The position numbers were made by a program, and so were the translations under genes. Below, in pieces: positions 10,030-17,609 of a stretch of DNA of 64,000 nt. Below the pieces are notes generated by a model. That model had not been told where the DNA came from. It saw only the letters and a program-made list of their open reading frames with translations, and made no database searches. The stretch comes from Actinomycetes bacterium. GTDB taxonomy: Bacteria; Actinomycetota; Actinomycetes; S36-B12; UBA5976. Position 1 is the first letter of the stretch. Every line of letters starts with the position of its first letter. Location of the stretch: NCBI GenBank assembly GCA_037619625.1, contig JASJMK010000046.1, positions 711-64,710 on the forward strand, given 5' to 3'.

Positions 10030-10737
10030 TTAAATCAATTTAGCAATATCTCGCAGGAACGCATCAACTAGTTGGTTGGTGCGTTCTTTTGCGTTTAATT
10101 GCTCGGCAGCAGTGTGTGCTAGCAATATGTCAGGGTCCTGGCCGTCTTTGATAACTAAGTCGCGTCCGCCATTGTTTAGCCATCCAGCGAGCATTTCGGT
10201 TGTTAGCTCGGGATGGAACTGAACTCCCAAATTCCGGGCGTGAGTAAATGCCTGACTTGCTGCGGAGTTTCGAGCAACTTCCGATGCGCTCTCTGGTAGC
10301 TGCCACCGGTCATAGTGAAACTGAAACCATGGACCAGCCGAAACTAAGTCCGGATTGTCGGTATGAACTACGGTCCAACCAATTTCAGGCTTAGGCCCCG
10401 GCGCTACGCTGCCTCCCAGTGCTCGAGCAAGTAGCTGACCACCAAAACAAATACCGAAGATGGGTACATCTTGCGCGATCGCATTGGTTAGGAATTCCAA
10501 CTCTGGGGCTAGCCAGTTTCCAATGCGATCATCGTCCCAAGCTCCCCATGGAGCGCCCATTGGAACTATTACTTCGTAGTCGCCAAGATTGGGAAACTCC
10601 CTAACTACGTTTGGTTCGGGGAAATCCGCCTCAGACACAACTAAATATTCGTCTACTTCAAAGCCGTGGTGACGAAACCTCTCGGCCACAGGGCCGGGTG
10701 GGCTGACGTGGTCATGCGCAATAATGAGTACCCGCAT
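10030..10737 (-). CDS. Class I glutamine amidotransferase-like protein (putative gamma-glutamyl amide hydrolase)
   Basis: GICFGGQ nucleophile elbow and QFHPE; stand-alone and divergent from a GS-like gene. Confidence 0.85.
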   Translation of the reverse strand: MRVLIIAHDHVSPPGPVAERFRHHGFEVDEYLVVSEADFPEPNVVREFPNLGDYEVIVPMGAPWGAWDDDRIGNWLAPELEFLTNAIAQDVPIFGICFGGQLLARALGGSVAPGPKPEIGWTVVHTDNPDLVSAGPWFQFHYDRWQLPESASEVARNSAASQAFTHARNLGVQFHPELTTEMLAGWLNNGGRDLVIKDGQDPDILLAHTAAEQLNAKERTNQLVDAFLRDIAKLI

Positions 10738-10812
10738 GGCTACCTCATTTCCAGGTAATAATTTCTACTATTCTGCCCTAAAAGGATCTCCAAACGATTA
10801 AAATAAAAAAAA

Positions 10813-10830
10813 TCGTTCATACCCTAACGA
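10813..10830. promoter_or_regulatory. Palindromic operator copy 3
   Basis: TCGTTCATACCCTAACGA just upstream of the GGAGG RBS of the GS-like gene. Confidence 0.7.
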
Positions 10831-10845
10831 ATATTCGGAGGAACC

Positions 10846-12192
10846 ATGTCGCTCGATCTTTCTGCGCTTCGTGCCCAACTGCATAGCGAGAACATTGATG
10901 TATTGCGGCTGGTTTATGCCGATGTACTGGGAATCCCACGCTCCAAAGATTTACTCGTTAGCCAAATGGAAAAAGCCGCTGCACATGGGCCAGCTTTTTG
11001 CCAAGGAGTTTGGGTCACAACCACCCGCGGTGGCGTGTTGGACGGACATGGAAGTATTTCCTCTGGGCTATCCGATTTCGTTAGCCGGATTGATCCAAGC
11101 ACGATTCGCAAGCTTCCTTGGGAGCCAGGAGTTGCATATGCGATCGTTGATGCGTTCGAGCCAAATGGTGATGAGAATCCAGTTGCACCTCGAACTGCTC
11201 TGCAGAGAGTACTGAAAGCGTATGAGGAAGTTGGATTGGTTCCGGTAATTGGACCCGAACTTGAGTTTTACTTGGCCAAGCAAGAGAACAATGAATGGGT
11301 ACGCCCGCTACATCGAACTGGTCGGGTTTACACAACTGGTGCAATTGTGGATCCAGATGGCACGTTTTTACACATGTTGCGCATGCTTGATCAAATGGCA
11401 ATTGGCGTCTTCGCTGGTAATCACGAGTTCGCTGCAGCCCAGTATGAAATTAATCTGTGGCACGGCGAGGCTTTGGAATCTACAGATAGAACTTTCTTAT
11501 TCAAGACAGCGATCAAAGATATCGCAGTGCGTCGAGGTTACAACGCAACATTCCTAGGAAAGCCTTGGGCTGAATCTGAAGGCAGTGGTTTCCATCTGCA
11601 TTTCTCGGTAGTAGATGCCAAGGGTAAAAATCAGATGCATAATGGCGAAGAGCTATCAGAAGTTGCAAATCATATGATCGCCGGAATCCTAAGCCATGCA
11701 AATGCGCTCACTGCATTTACTAATCCAACAATCAATGCGTTCAAGCGACTAGGACCCGATACTTTAGCGCCAAGTCGTGCGAACTGGGGTTATGACAACC
11801 GGGCTACGCTGCTGCGAGTTCCACCTGAGCGCGGGGAAGGCACTCGACTTGAAATTCGAATCGGTGATGGCGCAGCCAACCCGTACCTCATGGTTGCTTC
11901 AGTCTTAGCTGCTGGCTTAGATGGAATTAAGCAGAAAATGAAGCCGAATAAAGCTGCGGAAGGTTGGGCTTATGAAGATGAGTCAGATCCATTGCTACCA
12001 CTTACATTTACCGCAGCACTAGATGCTCTTGATGCCGACCCACTCTTTGCAGATCTGATGGGACCAATCGTGGTTTCAACTCACTTAAATTTGAAGCGCG
12101 ATGAAATTGAACGCTATGAAGCAGAAGTTCCAGATCCAAGTACTCGCGAGATAACTACCTGGGAACTAGATGAATATATCTGGGATTACTAG
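10846..12192 (+). CDS. Glutamine synthetase-like gamma-glutamyl-amine ligase
   Basis: GPELEFY, HE..QYE, GSGFHLHFS, WGYDNR, RLEIR..DGAANPYL; lacks the GYEAP flap (has DTLAP). Confidence 0.85.
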   Translation: MSLDLSALRAQLHSENIDVLRLVYADVLGIPRSKDLLVSQMEKAAAHGPAFCQGVWVTTTRGGVLDGHGSISSGLSDFVSRIDPSTIRKLPWEPGVAYAIVDAFEPNGDENPVAPRTALQRVLKAYEEVGLVPVIGPELEFYLAKQENNEWVRPLHRTGRVYTTGAIVDPDGTFLHMLRMLDQMAIGVFAGNHEFAAAQYEINLWHGEALESTDRTFLFKTAIKDIAVRRGYNATFLGKPWAESEGSGFHLHFSVVDAKGKNQMHNGEELSEVANHMIAGILSHANALTAFTNPTINAFKRLGPDTLAPSRANWGYDNRATLLRVPPERGEGTRLEIRIGDGAANPYLMVASVLAAGLDGIKQKMKPNKAAEGWAYEDESDPLLPLTFTAALDALDADPLFADLMGPIVVSTHLNLKRDEIERYEAEVPDPSTREITTWELDEYIWDY

Positions 12193-12998
12193 ATCGGCTT
12201 TGAGCGATCAGCAATTAATTTGCCACCTGCGAAAGTAACTCCAACTTCGCGGTAGTAGCCACCAAGTATTTTTTCAACGGGAAGTATCGAAGCTAGTTCA
12301 TCCCATTGCGAATCACCGAGGACTAGTTCGGCGTCGCCCTTCCAAGCTTGACCAAGGTCTGCATCTATTCCATGCATAGTTATTAATTGATCCATAGATA
12401 GGCCGGCATCTTTTGTAATTGACGGCATGAAGCGGCTATGAAGCATTGCATGACCATTTACAAATCCGTTAGTTTCGCATGGTTCGCGCAGCGTTACAAC
12501 AGCAGAAGCCAGCCTGTGATCGTAAGCAGACAAAGTTGCGCCAAGCTTTGCGCCAGCCTCTAGGCGAGGGGACGCTTTGCCACGATTAAAAATTCGAGTG
12601 ACATGTGCAGAGCCAATTTTCTTTGGATACCCCTGATACCAACCACGAGCAATTGCGAAATCCTTAGTGACCCAAATTGCAACACAGCGACTGTAAGTTA
12701 CGCCTTCGTAGGAGCAGCGAACTACTGCAAAGGTTTCGAGATACTGCGAGCGAATCGGATCCAGTAACTCAGCACCGCCCTCGCTGCAGGATTGCCAATC
12801 TGCCCAAATCAAAGCAACGGCGCCAGGCTGGTCTGGGGCGAGATCGATATCGGGTGGCAGGATCGCACGAACATTCGCAGGATCAGTTAAGTACTCGACA
12901 GTTAGCAAAGTACCGCTGTAGTACCAGGGCATTTGCGGAATAATTCCACTTTTGCCGGTTGGTGTAAGCGGGGGCATAAATCCATGTAGTTCAGGCAT
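12189..12998 (-). CDS. Acetoacetate decarboxylase-like superfamily protein (MppR/Sbi00515-type)
   Basis: PWYYSG, DWQ, DP.RSQY.E and RGWYQGYPKK Schiff-base lysine motif. Confidence 0.85.
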   Translation of the reverse strand: MPELHGFMPPLTPTGKSGIIPQMPWYYSGTLLTVEYLTDPANVRAILPPDIDLAPDQPGAVALIWADWQSCSEGGAELLDPIRSQYLETFAVVRCSYEGVTYSRCVAIWVTKDFAIARGWYQGYPKKIGSAHVTRIFNRGKASPRLEAGAKLGATLSAYDHRLASAVVTLREPCETNGFVNGHAMLHSRFMPSITKDAGLSMDQLITMHGIDADLGQAWKGDAELVLGDSQWDELASILPVEKILGGYYREVGVTFAGGKLIADRSKPI

Positions 12999-13021
12999 GC
13001 GCCCATCGTAGTACGAAATAT

Positions 13022-13039
13022 TCGTTAGGGCACGAAAGA
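13022..13039. promoter_or_regulatory. Palindromic operator copy 4
   Basis: TCGTTAGGGCACGAAAGA just upstream of a TACGAT -10 box serving the ADC-like gene. Confidence 0.65.
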
Positions 13040-13040
13040 T

Positions 13041-13235
13041 TCAGTGGTCATTGATAGAAATTGCCTGCATTGGGCAAAGATCAGCAGCAGCTTGTGCGTA
13101 CTTTTCGTTTTCATGAGTTACCCCAGCGACCACTATTTGGGCCCGGCCTGATTCGCTTAGCTCGAATATTTCCGGCGCCTCGTGAACGCATTGCGCATAG
13201 CCTTGGCATTTCCCTAGGTCTATTTCGATATCCAT
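13041..13235 (-). CDS. [3Fe-4S]-type ferredoxin
   Basis: CQGYAQC...CP; ATG 13235 is preceded by a GAAAGGGG RBS. Confidence 0.88.
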   Translation of the reverse strand: MDIEIDLGKCQGYAQCVHEAPEIFELSESGRAQIVVAGVTHENEKYAQAAADLCPMQAISINDH

Positions 13236-13336
13236 GGAAGCCCCTTTCATTACCAATGATGACGTGATGCGCGATGCCAAAGCCCCGCGATATGGATCAT
13301 TCCACACAGTGCTTTAAATGATGATACAAATAGTGA

Positions 13337-14491
13337 ATGGATTTGAAGACAAGTGCGGGTCACGAAGATTTACGTTCTGCGATAGCTGCATTGTGCGCAG
13401 ATTTTCCAGGGGAGTACTGGCGCTCTTTAGAGCCAGATAAGTATCCGGATGCTTTTGTTGAAACGCTGACCAAGAATGGCTGGCTTTCCGTTTTGATTCC
13501 CGAAGAATATGGCGGCGGCGGAGCAACCTTAACGGAGGCCTCAATCATCTTGGAAGAAATCGCAGTTTCGGGTGGAAACCCAAGTGCCTGTCATGCCCAG
13601 ATGTATGTCATGGGAACTTTGTTGCGTCATGGCAGCGACGCTCAAAAGCAGCAGTACTTGCCGAAGATTGCGGCTGGCGAATTGCGACTCCAAGCTTTTG
13701 GCGTAACTGAGCCAAGTGCCGGATCTGAAACCACCAAGATTCGTACTAAGGCAGAGCGCGTAGATGGTGGCTGGAAGATAAACGGCCAAAAGATTTGGAC
13801 CTCACGTGCGCTTCATTCCGACTTGATGTTATTGCTGGCGCGAACCTCACCATTTGATGAAAGTGGTAAACCATCTGCCGGTATGTCTGTGTTTATTTTT
13901 GATATGCGAAATCTTGAGGGATTAACCATACGTCCAATCAAAACAATGATGAATCACAACACTACGGAAGTATTTTTTGACAACGTTGTTATTCCTGAAG
14001 ACTCACTTATCGGCGAAGAAGGAAAAGGATTCAAATATATTTTGGATGGCATGAATGCCGAACGTATTTTGATTGCGGCTGAGTGCATTGGTGACGGTCG
14101 ATTTTTCCTCGACCGTGCGGTTTCTTACGCGAATAGTCGAGAAATTTTCGGTGGCCCTATTGGTAAGAATCAAGGAGTGCAATTTCCATTGGCGCGGTCG
14201 TACATGCAACTTCGGGCAGCGGATTTAGTTAGGTTTGATGCTGCTGCTCGCTTTGATGCTGGCGAAGATTGTGGCGCACAAGCCAACACTGCGAAGTTCC
14301 TGGCTGCGGAAGCATCTTGGGCCGCTGGAAATGCGGCGATAGATACGCATGGCGGCATGGGGTTCGCTGAAGAGTACGACATTGAGCGTAAGTTCCGTGA
14401 AACCAGGCTTTATCAAGTTGCCCCAATTAACAATAACTTAGTTATGGCTTACATCGGACAGCATGTGCTGGGCTTGCCAAAGTCTTATTAA
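13337..14491 (+). CDS. Acyl-CoA dehydrogenase family protein
   Basis: AFGVTEPSAGS, INGQKIWTS, ER..IAAE, R.IFG.PIG.NQ, HGGMG. Confidence 0.92.
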   Translation: MDLKTSAGHEDLRSAIAALCADFPGEYWRSLEPDKYPDAFVETLTKNGWLSVLIPEEYGGGGATLTEASIILEEIAVSGGNPSACHAQMYVMGTLLRHGSDAQKQQYLPKIAAGELRLQAFGVTEPSAGSETTKIRTKAERVDGGWKINGQKIWTSRALHSDLMLLLARTSPFDESGKPSAGMSVFIFDMRNLEGLTIRPIKTMMNHNTTEVFFDNVVIPEDSLIGEEGKGFKYILDGMNAERILIAAECIGDGRFFLDRAVSYANSREIFGGPIGKNQGVQFPLARSYMQLRAADLVRFDAAARFDAGEDCGAQANTAKFLAAEASWAAGNAAIDTHGGMGFAEEYDIERKFRETRLYQVAPINNNLVMAYIGQHVLGLPKSY

Positions 14492-15186
14492 GACTTTTCA
14501 GCGGCTACATATTCTGAAATAAACCAGTCGACCAAGACTTCGCAGTTTTGTGCAGTTTCATCAGAAATTTCATTTAATTCAGACATCAATATTTCAGTAG
14601 TCATCCCAGTTGGTAAATAGTTAGCCCCACCGATGTCTAACCAGGCTTGAACTAAGTCAGTTGTAGCTTCAGGATGAAACTGGAGTCCAACTGCGGTTTT
14701 GTGCCGGAAGACTTGCACAGCGGATGGAGTCTCAGCCAAAACTTCGATGTGATCAGGAAGGATCATTCGGTCACTGTGCCAAGAAAACCAAGGGCCCTCT
14801 GGAAATGGCAAACCGAGTGCGGTTTCCTTTATATGAAGTTCTCCTAGTTCAAGTTCATCAGACTTTTCAACACTGCCGCCGACCGCCTTTGCTAACACTT
14901 GACCGCCAAAGCAAACACCAAGAAATGGAACTTTCTGATCAAAAGTAAGATTTATCAATTCTTCTTCAGCGTCTACCCAAGTAGCGACCTCTGGATCATA
15001 CGCACTGTAGAAAGACCCAAATGAAATAATAAAATCAAATTCAGATGGATCAGGGAAATTCAAGTTCAGTTCACCATCTTCGCCAAGAATTACGTGTCGC
15101 TTCGTTTCGATACCGCGCGATTCTAGAATGTCGCCAATTACACCTGGTCGGCCAGCTTCTTCATGACTGATTAACAAGGTACGCAT
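14488..15186 (-). CDS. Class I glutamine amidotransferase-like protein (second copy)
   Basis: GVCFGGQ, WHSD, QFHPE; directly downstream of the second GS-like gene. Confidence 0.85.
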   Translation of the reverse strand: MRTLLISHEEAGRPGVIGDILESRGIETKRHVILGEDGELNLNFPDPSEFDFIISFGSFYSAYDPEVATWVDAEEELINLTFDQKVPFLGVCFGGQVLAKAVGGSVEKSDELELGELHIKETALGLPFPEGPWFSWHSDRMILPDHIEVLAETPSAVQVFRHKTAVGLQFHPEATTDLVQAWLDIGGANYLPTGMTTEILMSELNEISDETAQNCEVLVDWFISEYVAAEKS

Positions 15187-15189
15187 GAT

Positions 15190-16512
15190 CTAAATAATCT
15201 CCCGATAACGAGCAAGTTCCCAATCAGTAACTTGCGATGCAAACGTTGCTAATTCGACTCGTTGAACTGCGGCCCACATATCCACAAACGCATCACTAAA
15301 TGCACGTCGAGCAAAGGCACTGGCTTCCCAATTGTCAATCGCTTCCCCCGGATGACTTGGAAGCCGATCCCATTTATCTTCAGGGTGTGGGTCTCCAGTA
15401 ACCATTTCTGGCAGCGGTAAGTCGTTCGTAAGTCCTTCATAGCCTGCAGCCAGAGCACCGTTTAGAACTAAGTAAGGATGCGCGTCCGCAGCAGCCCAAC
15501 GCCATTCAATGCGATTGGAACTTTTTGCGCCATTAATGCAACGAACTCCAACTAAGCGATTATCCAGACCCCAGGTAACTTGCGTTGGCGAGAAACTGTA
15601 ATCCACTAATCGCTTGTACCCATTAATGGTCGGAGTGTTAACTACCTGTAAATCTTTGGTGTAAGCCATCAATCCAGTAAGGTACTTTTCCATCAACGCC
15701 GAATCAAGAGCACCTTTTCCGTCGTTTGCATCAAAAGCATTCTTGCCATCTTTGGTCACCAAACTTTGATGCACGTGCATACCGCAACCGGACTCACCCA
15801 GGATTGGCTTGGCCATGAAACTCGCTACTAAACCATGTTTCTGAGCAACCAATCGAACGATGTATTTGTACAGAACGGTGTCATCGGCCATTTTCATAGC
15901 TTCGCTGTAGCGTAAATTGATTTCGATTTGAGACGGTCCGTACTCAACGTTGCTGGCTTCAACAAGCATTCCAGTTTTTCTCAGAGCCTCTCGAATTTCT
16001 AGAATAATCGGCTCCAACTCTGCTCCTTTGTTTATTCCGTAACACTGCAAAGAAGTGAAGAGTGGCGTGCCATCTGGATTGAATAAATAAAACTCAAGCT
16101 CAGTTGCCGCATTCACTGAGTAGCCCAAATCAGCAAACTTCTTCAAAGTTGTTTTCAACATTTGTCGCGGGTCGATGTCTACCGGCTCGTGCGTATCAGT
16201 GGTGTAGGTATCGCATAACACAACGCCGATACCTTCATCCCAGCCAGCGACTCGGAACGAACTCAAGTCTGGTTGAACGTGAATGTCTTTCACTTCTTGA
16301 ACAGGGGTTACTTCAATTTCGCATCGAGGTTGCCAAGTGTGTACAACATTTGCAATCCCATAACCCTCATTTCGCAAGAACTGCTCAGTTGGTAAGCGCT
16401 TTCCACGTGGCACCCCCCAGTTGTCGACAATGATGCATTCGACAGTGTGAATGTTGTGTTTTTCGCATAAGTCTGCGACGCGCTTTAGATCTGTGGATTG
16501 AGTTTGCGACAC
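15190..16512 (-). CDS. Glutamine synthetase-like gamma-glutamyl-amine ligase (second copy)
   Basis: PRGKRL, ATELEFY, EYGPSQ.E, KP..GESGCGMHVHQS, WGLDNR; flap region reads YSFSP. GTG 16512 has a GGGGGA RBS. Confidence 0.85.
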   Translation of the reverse strand: MSQTQSTDLKRVADLCEKHNIHTVECIIVDNWGVPRGKRLPTEQFLRNEGYGIANVVHTWQPRCEIEVTPVQEVKDIHVQPDLSSFRVAGWDEGIGVVLCDTYTTDTHEPVDIDPRQMLKTTLKKFADLGYSVNAATELEFYLFNPDGTPLFTSLQCYGINKGAELEPIILEIREALRKTGMLVEASNVEYGPSQIEINLRYSEAMKMADDTVLYKYIVRLVAQKHGLVASFMAKPILGESGCGMHVHQSLVTKDGKNAFDANDGKGALDSALMEKYLTGLMAYTKDLQVVNTPTINGYKRLVDYSFSPTQVTWGLDNRLVGVRCINGAKSSNRIEWRWAAADAHPYLVLNGALAAGYEGLTNDLPLPEMVTGDPHPEDKWDRLPSHPGEAIDNWEASAFARRAFSDAFVDMWAAVQRVELATFASQVTDWELARYREII

Positions 16513-16632
16513 GAATTCCCCCAAAGTCAGGTTTTAGATATTCCTTAAGGGTAATGTGCCTTGAAACTGAATGTACTTGATTTCGCCTCGAAATTGATTT
16601 GATTTGGAAGCAAACGAAAGGAAGGCCGGCCA

Positions 16633-17589
16633 GTGAAAGCCGTAGTTTTGAGTGGTGTTGGCGCAACGCTTGAGTATTTGGACTACCCAGACCCGATTCC
16701 AAGTGGATCTGAAACCGTGATTGATGTGACGGCATGTGGCGTCTGCCATTCAGATTTACACGTGGTTGAGGGTATTTACCCAAGCCCGCTGCCAATGGTC
16801 ATGGGACATGAGGTGGTCGGGGTTCATGCCGAACTAGGTCCGGTAATGGTTTACCCATGCTGGGGATGTCTGAAGGCTGATTGCTGGGCCTGTTCGAGTG
16901 GTCAAGAAATGATTTGCCCAAACGCGACTGAAGCGGGCCTTTTTCGCAACGGCGGCTATGCCGAAAAAATGTTGATTAAGGACAAGTCATATTTGGTTCC
17001 ACTTGGCGATCTAGACCCACTCTCGGCTGCTCCTCTTGCTTGCGGCGGACTAACCGCTTACCGAGCGGTCAGTCATACTTTGCCAAACTTAACTAAGAAG
17101 AGTCGGGTACTAGTTATTGGTGCGGGGGGACTTGGGCAATTTGGAATTCAATTCCTAAAGTTGCAATCTGAAGCCAGAGTGGTTGCGACAGACTTGTCGA
17201 GCGACAAACTTAAACGCGCGCTAGCCGTTGGCGCAGATGAAGTTGCCAGTCCGACAGAGCTAGATGGAACTTTTGATGCGATTATTGACTTCGTTGGCGC
17301 CCAGAACACGCTTGAGTTGATGGCGAAGAATATTGCACGTCAAGGTACCGCTGTATTAGTTGGAATTTTTGGTGGCAAGATCCCATTTGGCTTTGGTGCC
17401 GTGCCGCATGAAGCACGTTTCATGACAAGCATTTGGGGAACGCAAGGCCAACTAGGTGAGTTATTGGCTCTAGCGAACAAGCATGAATTGAAACATTCCG
17501 TTGAAGCAATACCCCTAGCTAGCGCTCAAGAAGCACACGAACGACTTATAGCCGGCACTGTCGATGGTCGGATTGCCCTAATTCCTTAA
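16633..17589 (+). CDS. Zinc-dependent alcohol dehydrogenase
   Basis: CGVCHSD, GHE, structural Zn cysteines, GAGGLG. Confidence 0.92.
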   Translation: MKAVVLSGVGATLEYLDYPDPIPSGSETVIDVTACGVCHSDLHVVEGIYPSPLPMVMGHEVVGVHAELGPVMVYPCWGCLKADCWACSSGQEMICPNATEAGLFRNGGYAEKMLIKDKSYLVPLGDLDPLSAAPLACGGLTAYRAVSHTLPNLTKKSRVLVIGAGGLGQFGIQFLKLQSEARVVATDLSSDKLKRALAVGADEVASPTELDGTFDAIIDFVGAQNTLELMAKNIARQGTAVLVGIFGGKIPFGFGAVPHEARFMTSIWGTQGQLGELLALANKHELKHSVEAIPLASAQEAHERLIAGTVDGRIALIP

Positions 17590-17609
17590 ATAAAGATCTG
17601 GAGATTTTA

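Noticed and set aside
10846-12192. Calling the GS-like genes glnA
   Set aside because: The flap glutamate is absent and the context is catabolic.
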